Positions 22,980 through 34,330 of a stretch of DNA of 64,000 bases are shown here, in pieces. How positions within the stretch are numbered: position 1 is the first letter of the stretch; each line of letters starts with the position of its first letter. The stretch covers positions 225,124,001 to 225,188,000 of the forward strand of contig NC_058368.1 in NCBI RefSeq assembly GCF_018350175.1, written 5' to 3'. The notes under the pieces are model-generated. The model had not been told where the DNA came from and did no database searches. It saw only the letters and a program-made list of their open reading frames with translations. The position numbers and the translations under genes were made by a program. This DNA is from Felis catus (Eukaryota).

Positions 22980-23350
22980 AGATCCTAGACTTCCTGTTCT
23001 AGGGAGTTTTTAGTGGTGCCCACTTAGTTAGTAAACAGGTAGGGAGGCGGGCACTCGGCCGCTGAGATGATGAAATAACAGATTCTTACTCCCTGACTTC
23101 CCCTTGCTAAAGTGGTGGCTCACCGCAGACTCCTGCGGTGTCCCCCGAGGGGATGGGGGAAGGGCCTGCTTGTCAATAATGCGGGAGCCCAGAAGCCCCG
23201 GAAATGTGCGCTTGAGGCCAATGTGAAGTGGGGGGAGAGGGGAGGGAGTGTGGAGGGAGTCACGCGGTAGGTGTATCAGATAAAGGAGCCTTCTCGGAAC
23301 CTCTGTTCTGCTAAGGATTTTCGTGACGTTCCCCAAGCTGACTTTTCTCC
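22980..23350. promoter_or_regulatory. Promoter/enhancer-like region
   Basis: Repeat-free, GC- and CpG-enriched; forkhead GTAAACA 23031-23037, GC-box-like gggaggcggg at about 23042, ETS CCGGAAAT 23198-23205, CCAAT 23218-23222, GATA AGATAA 23278-23283, TGACGT 23324-23329. Confidence 0.5.
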
Positions 23351-23470
23351 TACCTTCCGGGTAGATTTCATACTTAGAAATCCTGAAACAGGAAGGGTAA
23401 CGAAGGCGGGCCTTTCTGTCAAACGGCAGGGGAGGGGGCAGAATAAAAGGAAACAGGAGAGCTTTGATCA

Positions 23471-23472
<2 letters not shown>

Positions 23473-23519
<47 letters not shown>

Positions 23520-23656
23520 AAAAGTGAGCATGTGTATGAAAGTGTGTGTGAACGTGTGAGTGCATGAGTGTGCCTGTGTGGGTGCGTAGAGGCGTGTAGG
23601 AGTATGTGTGTGCACCTGTGTGTAGCTGAGCATGTATGTATACGTGCGTGTGTGTT
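23473..23656. repeat. (TG)n microsatellite with degenerate TG-rich extension
   Basis: Pure gtgtgt run followed by imperfect TG/TATG units. Confidence 0.92.
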
Positions 23657-24309
23657 TCGGGTCGTCTTTATTATTATTCCTTTCGTTCTAAAATGTGTAT
23701 GTCTCCCTAATTGCCCCCACTTCACTGACAATAATTTCAAGGCCAGGGTCTTTTTTCCTTTGACGTTTCATTTCCAATCCTTTTACGTCAACAGTAAGGT
23801 AAAATGTCGTTTTCACATCAATTTTCCAGCACTTCGAGGAATCGATGGCTTCATAGAACACAGTCACCGACCATTGAATTTAACCCTTTCGCCAAAACTT
23901 TAGCTTTTAGATGAAACGCTTCACGTATCGCAAACTTCTTTTACTTCTTTAGTAAAACAGACAAGCAAACCTTCCGGATAGCTAGAGATCATAATTACGA
24001 GCGAGTATTTTCTCAGGCTGTAACCTAATCAGCTCCCCCTGGGCCAAGATGCATAGGCGGGTGAGTTTCTACACAGCAAAGTGGTTCAGGTTCCCTTTCA
24101 CCCAGACCTGGCAATAGCTCTTGGCCACCATCGCAGCCTGCCGTTCTCGGTCAGCCTGCAGGAATCATCGTGTCCACTGTGGGTCTGACACCACTCCTGT
24201 ACCCCTCCACTGGGCTTTATTTTAATTTATTTTGCATCGCTTCACTTTGTTCGGCTTCTGTCCTCTCCTCCGAGCTTCTTCCCCTGCCCTCCTGTTCTTT
24301 CGGCTTTAG

Positions 24310-24351
24310 GGCTGGCTTTCATCTCGGAACATGCTGTCTGGTTCTGCTCAG
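24310..24351 (+). other. Candidate 42-nt internal exon of a plus-strand transcript
   Basis: About 90-nt pyrimidine tract ending tttag| at 24309; perfect CAG|GTAAGT donor at 24352. Confidence 0.4.
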
Positions 24352-24627
24352 GTAAGTGACAGATATTGAGGTACGTGGGTCATCAGTTCTCTTTTTTTCT
24401 CTTTATCCTGGTTCGTTTCGCTGTTGGAAAGGCTTTCTCCTCCTCCCTCGACACCTTCCAACGGAAGGTTTGGTGCCAAGGTTTGGTGCCATCGTGAGAA
24501 GGGAAAATTGTTCCCCAAATGCCCTCCAGGGGATCCAGACTGCAGTGGTTTCCAAATAAGAGATAAGGAGTTGGCAGTTGGAGAAGTTGGGGCTGGAGGC
24601 TCTTTCCTGAAAAATCCCCTAACTATA

Positions 24628-24833
24628 GGGGCACCCGGGTGGCTCAACTGGTAAACCATTCGACTCTTGATTTCAGTTTAAGTCATGATCTCATCGGTTT
24701 ATGGGATCGAGCCCCGTGTCGGGCTCTGCACTGACAGCACTGAGCCTGCTTGGAATTCTCTATCTCCCTCTCTCTCTGCCCCTCCCTGGCTCGTGCTCTC
24801 TCTCTCTCTCAAAATAAATCAACATTAAAAAAA
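24628..24833 (+). mobile_element. Carnivore SINE
   Basis: ggggcacccgggtggctcaactgg head, (CT)n, A-tail; TSD-like ctaacta. Confidence 0.93.
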
Positions 24834-26196
24834 TACACTAACTACAAAAAGAGATGGAATAGGCACATTTGAGGATGAATTAGAATTTTTGCTCTAAAAA
24901 TGAAAAGCCTAATATGGAATATAAGACATGCACTCAGCCAAATACATGCTATAGAACCTTGAAAGTTGCAACTGGTCCCCAAACTGGTAACCCTCGAGTG
25001 AGCAATGATGTAACAGAGTCCGTTCTCCAATGGTCTCTCGTTTGAGGACCAGATGGAATTCACCTCCCTGGGTAGAGAGTGCCATCTTCTCCCCCAACCC
25101 CACACAAGTTGTAAAGTCTTCCTTTAAGGAAGGAACAGTCCAGGGCTATAGCAGCCTTCTTTACCCTCCACAACCCTCAAGCAACCAAAACTGTGCTTGA
25201 CAAGTTTGTTAAACATAGACAAAAGTGCCAAGTTTTCATTGGCTTATTCAAATGTCCAAGATACCTTCTTCGGGAAATGTTAGTTTCAATTATATTTGAA
25301 TTGAACTTTAGGGTGGGGGAGGGGGGCGTGCCTCTATGAGTTGTTCATTCATTTCCACATTTCAGTTCCTTCAAATGCTAAACAGACACAAGGATGGCTC
25401 TGTTTCCCTAGATTATCATCAGGTATGCCTAAGAAAGAAGCTAAACAACTTGGGAGAAGTATTAGTATATGAGAATGCCTTTCAAGGAGTTAATTTTCAA
25501 ATAACTTTAATGAATATCACCACCCACCACCTCTTGTCTCCACCCCCCCCCCCCCCCAAGGCCATCACTTAAGTAATTCTTTCATGGAAAGTGAACGTAT
25601 TCTCATCCCTGGATGAGTCTAGAAGCATTTGCCGCAGCCTGCTAGGTGCCAGGCACAGCTGTCTGTAATCATCCACACCCTCACCCTGCTGGTGTGGTGC
25701 ACTTTCCTCCGGAAAACGCACAGACGTTTTCAACTCAACTGCTAAAGAAACAACTACATTTCATTTCACCCTCGAAGGTAATGCTGTTTTACCAGAAAAA
25801 AGAAAGGAAGAAAAGCAACTTGCCTCACCTACGATCGTACCAGAAGGCACGGCTGAACACTTCAGCTACTGGTTCGACCATTAGGAAGTGGGCAGGAACT
25901 TGACCACCAACGCTGGCATTGTCTTGTTATCACAACAGTGCCCGTCGGATGGAAAGCTGTCAGGCTTTGACTTTGAAAGACAAGCACCTTCTACAAGGTG
26001 AGAAATATGTCCATGTGATCCGTACCATGAAACAATCTTACATGAACACTTAGTACAGGTGTCTAATTGTGAAGGCTTATCATAAAGGAGAAATTACAGA
26101 TTCCTTCCGGAGTCTGTGACAAGACAAAGCTTTCTCACCAACCACCAGGCTCTGAGCCACAAAAGTTGGGTTGTTCAATCCAATTTCAATTATCTA

Positions 26197-26649
26197 CTCT
26201 ATTAGTTTGGTAGGGGAGCTGTAGCAAAGCACCACCAACTGGGTAGCTTAAAACAATGGAGATTTATTGTCTCACAGGCCTGGAGACAAACTGCAAGATC
26301 AAGGTGTTGGCAGAATTGGTTTCTTCTAAGACAATGAGAAAATATCTGTTCCACACGCCTTGCCTAATTTCTTGTGTTTGCTGGCAATCCTTGGTGTTGT
26401 TGGCATAATCCTCGCCCCAATGTCTGCCCTAATCTTCTCATGGCCTTCTCTCTGTATTTGTGTCTCTGTGACCACATTGCCCACTTTTTATGGGGATACC
26501 AGTCATAAAGGATTAGCATCTGCCCACATGACCTACATCTTGCTAATTACATCTGCGAAGATTATTTCCAGATGAAATCACATTCTGAACTTCTGAAGGT
26601 TAGGGTTTCGATGCATGAATTGTAAAAGTATAGAACTCAATCCCTAACA
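26197..26649 (-). mobile_element. MaLR LTR (MLT1C-like)
   Basis: caccaactgggtagcttaaaacaa...atttattgtctcaca, agatcaaggtgttggcag, ctggcaatccttggtg, taattacatctgc. Confidence 0.85.
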
Positions 26650-26651
26650 TC

Positions 26652-26667
26652 TGCTCTAGGGGGCAGT
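26652..26667 (+). promoter_or_regulatory. Possible CTCF site
   Basis: tgctctagggggcagt resembles the CTCF core CCACTAGGGGGCAGT. Confidence 0.25.
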
Positions 26668-27064
26668 GGTGCGAACCATGGTAGAAACCTATCTGTCAGC
26701 TAGCCACTGATGGTGTGAACTCGCCACACAGTAACTTTGATCTAAAATCAATGAGTTTATTATATTCCATACTTAGCATTCAGCCTCATTTCATCTAAAG
26801 GTGAAAACACACGCCAAACACACGTGCAAATCTCCCTCCTCTTACATCCACCATAATCCTGCATCGGTCAATACAGTTGGACATCTTAGACAAAAGACTC
26901 AGGAGTGTCCACATGGCATTGGACACACGTTTGTCCACCAGGACAGAGACAAATAAGAAAGGGTTTGCACACAGGACTTTGAGTATGGTATTTCCTTTCA
27001 TCGTACATATGAAATACAGGTCCACCGAGGGTACAATCCTTAGATGAAAAACATTCTTAAAATA

Positions 27065-27775
27065 TGATTTTGAATTCCAAATAACATAGGTAAACACACT
27101 CTCTTCCAGGAGGTGGAGCTTAATCCCTCCACTCTGCTGAGCATGTGCTGAACTTCGTGACTCATTTCCAAAGGAAGAAAGAAAAAAAAAAAAAATAGCA
27201 ACTTTACAGAGTAGAAACTTGGTAAGCCTGATCCTAGCCAAATGGTCAAGTTAACATCACCGATGACAAATCACGTGGGCATCATGTAACCTCTGATACT
27301 TTGTGACGAGAAGGATAGTTCCTTTCTGTGGTTTTCTGCCCCCCAGTCTACAACCCAGTCTAATCATGAGAAAAACATCAGACAAACCCAAATTGAGGAA
27401 CGCTCTATAAAATAACGGACCAACACTCTTCAAAGCTGTCAAGTTAATGAAAAACAAGAAAAGACGGAGGAAACTGTCACAGAACAGAGAGAACTAAGGG
27501 GACATAATAACCTAGCGTAGCATCGTATCCTGGCTGAGATCCTGGAGCAGAAAGGAGACATTAGGGAAAGACTGGAGGAATCTGCATGCAGTCTGGAATT
27601 TAGTTAATAGGAATATAGCAATGCTCGTTACTTAGTTTAACAAATACGCCAGAGCAGTGGAAGATAATAGGAGGGGGAAGTGAAGTTGGGGGGAAGGGTA
27701 TATATGAGACTGTACTATTTTTGTAACTTTTCTGTAAACCCCAAATCAGCCCAAAATAAAAAGTTGACTACAAAA
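27065..27775 (+). mobile_element. Old L1 3' UTR (L1MD/L1MC-like)
   Basis: ggaggtggagcttaa, ctaatcatgagaaaaacatcagacaaacccaaattgagg, gatcctggagcagaaa, tttttgtaacttttctgtaaa...aaataaaaagtt. Confidence 0.85.
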
Positions 27776-27938
27776 ACACATATGTGTCAATATGTGTCAT
27801 CATGAAGCAGAACATCATGCCTTATTTCCTACAATACTCATGCAGCCTAATATAAAACCATATTTAAAACCCTATATGTAACACAGGGCCGGAAATGTAA
27901 TACATACTTCAAACTTGAACAAAAAGTAAGAGAATGCT

Positions 27939-28183
27939 GGGACACCCGGGTGGCTCAGTCGGTTAAGCATCCAACTCTTGATTTCAGCTCAGGTCGCGAT
28001 CTCACCATTGGTGAAATTGACCCCCACCTCAGACTCTGCGCTGACAGCCCAGAGCCTGCTTGAGATTATCTCTCCCTCTCTCTCTCTCTCTGCCCCTCCC
28101 TGGCTCTCTCGGTCTCTCTGTCTCTCTCTGTCTCTCTCCTCCCTCTCTCAAAAGAAATTAAAAAGGAAAAAGCATGAAAAAGG
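27939..28183 (+). mobile_element. Carnivore SINE
   Basis: gggacacccgggtggctcagtcggttaagc head; TSD aaagtaa(ga/tg)gaatgct. Confidence 0.93.
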
Positions 28184-28941
28184 AAAGTAATGGAATGCTG
28201 TTATTTGTTTACCTTATTAAGTCTTAAAAAGTTTCTCGCGTCCCAGAATGTTAAAGGGCCCTGGACCATGTCACGTAGGATTTTTCAAGGCACTACTCCC
28301 TGCTCGTAAAGCTGAAGCTCTTCTTGAGATTTTTCAAAGGGTATCTTCTATCACATGTCAACATTATTCATTCTGAAACAAACGAAAACCATCCTGGTGG
28401 GTTTTTAAGTGTGGTTTTCTGCCCCAGATCCTGAGAGGATCCCCACTGAATGACTTATCAGCTCTGGGAGTGGGAACAAGCATCACAGTTTACATGTGTT
28501 TTCTCTTGAATCTCTGGGAGTCAATTTTCTCATAGTTGTTCAAAATTTAAAGCTCTAGTTGTTTAGATTTAGCAGAACATTTTGTTTACACATATGCAAA
28601 GAACACTAAATAAAAATAATTTATTTCAAAGTTCATGGAATTTTTAAAAGAAAGAAAGCAGACATCCACTGTAAAGTCATTGTGGCAACAAACAACATAG
28701 CATCCCACTCAGACCAGAGGGAAACGTAGTTTCTATGTCGAAGAAATGTAGCGACAAAAGCCCTTCTTGACTAAGCTACCCTATTTTCTGTATCATTCCA
28801 ACATACTTTGAAAAACCTTTCGAGATCGTTTCCACGGGCATTCTAGCCTTTCCTAACCTTATATTCCCGTTGCCCATTTGGAACCTTGAACTTCCTTCCT
28901 GCAACCCACGTCTTCATCCACACCCGTTAACAAAGGAGAAA

Positions 28942-29175
28942 GGTGCCGGGGTGGCTCAGTCAGCTAAGCGTCTGAGTCTTGATTTCGGCTCAGGTCATGA
29001 TCTCACATTTCATGGGATCGAGCCCGGTGCCGGGCTCTGAGATGACAACTCGGAGCCTGCTGGGGAGTCTCTCTCCTCCCTCTCTCTGCCCCTCCCCCAC
29101 TCGTGCTCTCCGTCTCTCTCTCAAAAATAAATAAACATGAAAAATAGTATAACTAAAAAAATAAAAATTAAATTA
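28942..29175 (+). mobile_element. Carnivore SINE
   Basis: ggtgccggggtggctcagtcagctaagcg head, (CT)n, A-rich tail. Confidence 0.92.
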
Positions 29176-29687
29176 AAGAAACAAAGTAGCAAGAGAGCTC
29201 TCTTCCATGCCCTCTCCAACACTGGTTTACGTAGAAGCGCCTTAACTGAATAAGGCACTTCTGACCTAGACAAAAATAACGCACGTTATGGTTCTAGATG
29301 CTCCCCCTTCCTTCCCAATCAGTATCACCCACACACTTCGATACCCTGGAGTATCTCCTATGTTCCTCCTCACAAAATATCATTTGGGAAAGCAAATATT
29401 CGAAAGCACATTCCTGCTCCATAGCCCTTCACTCATACAATGTCCCCGGAAACACTTCAACACAGACTTTAAACTATTTATCCACGTTACCAGGACCTGC
29501 AAACGTTACAAGGTCCAGTATAATTGTCTTCTTCCACCCCCCCGCCCCCCGCCTACATATCCAACAAATAATTGTTTCTTGAGCACCAACTCTGTTTGAG
29601 ATTCCATCAACACATAAATGCTAGCGTATAAAAATGGTCACCTTCCTATTTTCACAGAATTAGGTTTCTTCTCAGAATTCCTTAGGT

Positions 29688-30436
29688 CTGTGATAGGCAG
29701 ATGCATGCCCCTCACTCCCCCAAAGGTGTCCATGCCCGGACCCTCACAATTTGTGAATATTTTAGGTTACGTGGCAAGGGGGAAATTTTTTTTTTGATGT
29801 TTCTTTTTTATTTATTTTTTAGACAGAGAGAGACAGAGCATGAGTAGAGGAGGGGCAGAGAGAGAAAGAGACAAAATCTGGAGCAGGCTCCAGGCTCTGA
29901 GCTGTCAGCACAGAGCCCGACGTGGGGCTCGAACTCACAGACCGTGAGATCATGCTGAGCCGAAGTCAGATGCTCAACCGAATGAGCCACCCAGGCGCCC
30001 CACGTGGCAAGAGGGAATTAATGTTGCAGGTGAAATGAACATTACTAATCACCTTCAAGATAAGGAGAATGTCCTGAATTAGCCTGGTGGGCCCAATGTA
30101 ATCATAAAAGCCCTTAAGTGGGGAAAGAGGGAGGTAGGAAGGTCAAAAACAGATGGCAGTAAGATAAAGACTCAACCGGCTATCACTGGCTTTGAAAGTA
30201 GAGGAAGGGGCCATGAACCAAGGGATGCAGACAGCCTCTAGAAGCTAGAAAAGCGAGGAAACAGATTCTCCTCTGGAACTTTCAAGAAACAATGGGCCCT
30301 GCCAGCACCTTGCATTTAGCCCAGTGAGAACCATTCCAGACTTCTGAATTCCAGAGCTGCATGGTAATTAATGTGTCATTTTCAGCCACTAAGTTTGTGG
30401 TGATTTGCTGTGGAAGTGTTAGAAAACGGATAGACA
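29688..30436 (+). mobile_element. MaLR LTR (MLT1D-like), interrupted by a SINE
   Basis: tgtgataggcag start; ggtgggcccaatgtaatca, gcctctagaagctagaaaag..ggaaacagattctcc, agcccagtgaga, agccactaagtttgtgg. Confidence 0.88.
29788..30001 (-). mobile_element. Feline SINE within MLT1D
   Basis: Reverse SINE; TSD acgtggcaag(g/a)gggaa on both sides. Confidence 0.95.
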
Positions 30437-30742
30437 CTAATTATAATCATTGTAAAGTTCTATGGTATTCACGGAATTATCTCGTTTTCCTCCAAAATTG
30501 GTCACTGTATGTTCATCTTGACTCTTTTCTTTCATGCTGGTCATTTTCCTTAACTGTCTCAGATCCTTTGTTTCCTATTTATATTTAGAAATACAGCCTA
30601 ACAGTGTCAGACCATGTAGTTCTTCCTCCCTACCGGTCCTCTCCCCTGACGAACAGGACTGAATCCTAGCCCTACACACGTGGCCAAGAAGTAGCAATGG
30701 AAAAACCCTCCTTAGAACGCATGCGTGCCTACCCACCATCGT

Positions 30743-31907
30743 TGTGGTAGAATATCCACAAAAATGACCACCAACAATCTCCACTTTCCATGTGCATGAA
30801 TGCTGAGTTAGTCAGCGTTCTCCAGAGAAACAGAACCAATAGGGTGTGGGTGTGGGTGTGGGTGTGGGTGCGTGTGGGGGGAGCGGAGGCGAGAGTGATT
30901 TATTCCAAGAATTGGCTCACACAATTATGGAGGTTGTGAAATCCCAAGATCTGTAGCTGCCAAGCCAGAGACCCAGAGGAGCTGACGCGTAGTTCTGGTC
31001 CAAGTTCAAAGTCTTGAGCTGCAGGAGAGCAAAAGCTATGAGATCCAGCCCCAGATCCAGCAGGCTCAAGACCCAGGAAGTGCTGATGTGTCTATCTGAG
31101 TCCAAAGATGAGAAAAGGCCAATCCAGCTCCGTCGTCAGGAAGGAGGAGTTGCCTCTTACCCATACTTTTTGTTCAGTTCAGGCCTTCAACTGATTAGAT
31201 GAGACCCACCTATATTAAGGAGTAAGAGTTACCTCTTACTCATACTTTTTGCTCAGTTCAGGCCTTCAACTGATTAGATGAGACCCACCTATATTAGGGA
31301 AGGCAACCTCCTTTACTCAGTTGACAAATTCAAATGTTGATCTTATTCAGAAACACCCTCATATATATATCCAGAGTAATATTCGGCCGAATGTCTGGTA
31401 CCCTTGGCCCAGTCGAGTTGATGTATCAAATTAACAGTCACGTATACCATTCCTCCCATCAAATTGTCTCCTTCTCCTCTCCTTTAACCTGGCCTAGCCC
31501 TGTGACTCGCTTTGACCAATGGAACAAGGTCAAAGGGATGCTGTGTGATGTAAGGGACCTTACCTCTCCCATCCGGTTACCCTCATAAAATCCATGATAG
31601 CTACCCTCCTAAAGAATCTTGGGCTAAGCTATAGAATGGTAGGAGACAGTGTAATGAGAAAGAGTCTGAGGAGGCCCAAAACGATTTCGAACGCTTGAAC
31701 GGAAGCATCAGACGTGGGAGGGAAGCCATCTTGGATGTTTTGCCCCCAGCAAAACGTAATTCAGTGAGCAACCCAGCCAATACCACGTCAAGGAGAAAGC
31801 CACCCAGCAGAACCCACCAACCCAGAGATTCCTGAAGAAAAATAAATAAAATGCTTTAACCCACTAAGTTTTTAGGGTCTCTTTTATTCAGTAATAGACA
31901 ATGAATA
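30743..31907 (+). mobile_element. MaLR LTR (MLT1G/H-like), split by an MLT2 insertion
   Basis: tgtggtagaat...aaaaatgacc start; resumes with tgtgactcgctttgaccaat, gaagccatcttgga, ccactaagttttt...gtaatagacaa. Confidence 0.7.
30801..31441 (-). mobile_element. ERVL LTR (MLT2B-like) with internal 79-bp tandem duplication
   Basis: gttagtcagcgttctccagagaaacagaaccaatagg, gaattggctcacacaattatggagg, ccttcaactgatt, ggcccagtcgagttga. Confidence 0.88.
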
Positions 31908-32090
31908 TCTACATAAGACATGTCTAGACGAGACAAGCCTCCTGTCTTGCATGTCAGCTCTCACCTAGGAGTGATGGCTGAACATACTCCACCAGTTTTC
32001 TGGGCTAACAATCTTGTTCTGGTTTTATTTTGGGCAACACTTGGCTACTGCTGAGAAGTCATGCTACACGATTAAGAGTGGAAATGCCCT

Positions 32091-32322
32091 GGGGCGCCTG
32101 GGTGGCTCAGTGGGTTAAGCGTCCGACTTCCGCCCAGGTCATGATCTCACGGTTCCTGAGTTTGAGCCCCGCGTCAGGCTCTGTGCTGACAGCTCGGAGC
32201 CTGCTTCCAGATTCTCTCTCTCTCTCTCTCTTTCTTTCTCTCTCTCTTTCTCTGCCCCTACCCTACTCATGCTCTGTCTCTCTCCCTCTCAAAAATAAAT
32301 TAAAAAAAAAATTAACGAGAAA
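32091..32322 (+). mobile_element. Feline SINE
   Basis: Full element; TSD aagagtggaaatgccct. Confidence 0.96.
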
Positions 32323-32722
32323 AAGAGTGGAAATGCCCTGAGCAAGGGTCACTGAAGGCCCCTGGCCTCACGCCCTCAATGCGACATCTCCCCTGTAGCT
32401 TTGCCTTCTCCTTTTCTCCTCATATTTGTAGACTCCAGACCTGTATCAGTAAGAATTATTTTTACTTCCACCATGGTCTTCTCTGCACATGTTCTGGACA
32501 GTAACATCCTCTGCTCTCTCTCATCCGTCAAAATGGTCTCTGTGTCTTCCATAAATGTCCCCAAATTACTGACCAACTTAGGGCTCTTTGTCCCCTTCAG
32601 AATACTTACGGATGTACTGCTATTGTATTTATTTAATGTTATTCCAGTGGAACTAGGGCGAATGCGAACTTATGTACATGATGTGTTAGGTCTACCTTCC
32701 TGAACCAGAATGAAAATATTTT

Positions 32723-32913
32723 TTTTAATGTTTATTTGTTCTTGAGAGACAGAGAGACAGAGAGAGAGAGAGAGGGAGACACAGAATCTGAAGCAGGTTC
32801 CAGGCTCTGAGTGGTCAGCACAGAGCCCGACGTGGGGCTCGAACTCACAAACCGCAAGATCATGACCTGAGCTGAAGTCGGACGCTCAACTGAGTGAGCC
32901 ACCCAGGCGCCCC
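32723..32913 (-). mobile_element. Feline SINE (3' unit of a putative dimer)
   Basis: Reverse SINE ending ccacccaggcgcccc. Confidence 0.95.
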
Positions 32914-32964
32914 CTGTTGAATGTTACTTTTATCTTTGTTTAAGTAATAACACCTATCTTCTTC

Positions 32965-33179
32965 TTTTTTTTTTTTTTAATGTTTATTTTATCTTTTGAG
33001 AGAAAGAGAGAGCACGAGCAGGGGAGGGGCAGAGAGAGAGGGAGACACAGAATCTGAAGCAGGCTCCAGGCTCCAAGATGTCAGCCCAGAGCCCGACATG
33101 GGGCTCGAACTCACGAACTGTGACATCATGACCTGCGCTGAAGTCGGATGCTTAACCGACCAAACCACCCAGGCGCCCC
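32965..33179 (-). mobile_element. Feline SINE (5' unit of a putative dimer)
   Basis: Reverse SINE ending ccacccaggcgcccc. Confidence 0.95.
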
Positions 33180-33224
33180 TGGAATGAAAACATTTTAGAA
33201 TAATAATAACAACAACAACAACAA

Positions 33225-34330
33225 CAATGCCAATAGCTCATACTGGTGAAGGTGTGGTAAAACTTGGTACCTCTAAATAGGGTTAACAGGATTGCCAACT
33301 GATAAGGCCATTTTATCACATATATGAACGTAAATAGCCAAGGTGCCTAACTCACCTAAGTCCTGCATTCTCTAGGAATGGACCTAAAAAGGTAAAACCT
33401 TAGGCCTCTGAAACCTTGTCTCTGTTACAGGATCTTGCCTACTGTACCAATGGGGGCGGCACCATAGCAGCCCCCTGCCCAAGCCAGGCTGGGATTCAGG
33501 CAGCTCCCCAGAACTGTTTCTACTGAAATTAAATCCAGTCCCTTGACACTGGCACAAACACAGAAGTTTGGGAAGGCTGTGTTACCCCTGGGGAGGAATA
33601 AAAGCCAACCTCTGAATGCATGAAACGAGGCTGACAGCTGAACCCCAGAACCAAGTATAGTCAGAGAAAACCCCGAGGGCATCTTAGTCCCTGATTCCAG
33701 CCATCCAGAAGCACTTTTCTCTCCTTCCTGTTCTTCTATATAGACAACAGTGTACATCTAATAAATCCCCCTTTTATTTCTAAGCTAATTAGTGACACTT
33801 GAAAACAAATAGGTTCTAAATAATATTTGCTTCCAAAGTCATTACATAGAGGTTTATAAATTTTCACCCACTAATTTCCCTTGTAGAATTTCTCCTAGGA
33901 AAACAGTCAAAACCCGGAAAGAATCTACGTGCGTGAAAAAATGCATTACATTTGTCTCGTTTGTAACAACAAAAACAAAACATAGGAAGAGTCTAGGTAG
34001 CCAGTTACATGGAGACTGTTAAGCAAATGACAATATTTTCGTACCCGATACATTTAAGAATGGCATGCGTCCATCGATTGTGATGAATATTTACTTTGTT
34101 TCCAGATTTTTTGCTATTAGAAATATCAGCAACATTCATAACAACCAGGTTTTCGAAAGTGAGGGTAAACTTTCGAAACAGGATTATAACTATTCCAAAA
34201 AATATGCACTGGAAAAAAAGGCTAGAAAGAAATAAACCAAAATTACAGTGTGAATAACACATCCGAAAGCTTCTGCGCCGTTTTACATTGGGCAGCAAAC
34301 AATCATTGGAAAATTCTAGGAAATTAATAG
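33225..34330 (+). mobile_element. Degraded old L1 (L1ME-like) with an inserted old MaLR fragment (about 33420-33825)
   Basis: ctggtgaaggtgtggtaaaac, cccactaatttcccttgtagaattt; MaLR-like 3' end ctaataaatccccctttt...ctaagctaatt. Confidence 0.5.

Noticed and set aside
23028..23903. 201-aa and neighbouring ORFs
   Set aside because: Largely translations of the (TG)n/(CA)n tract (HTHT, CVCV runs)
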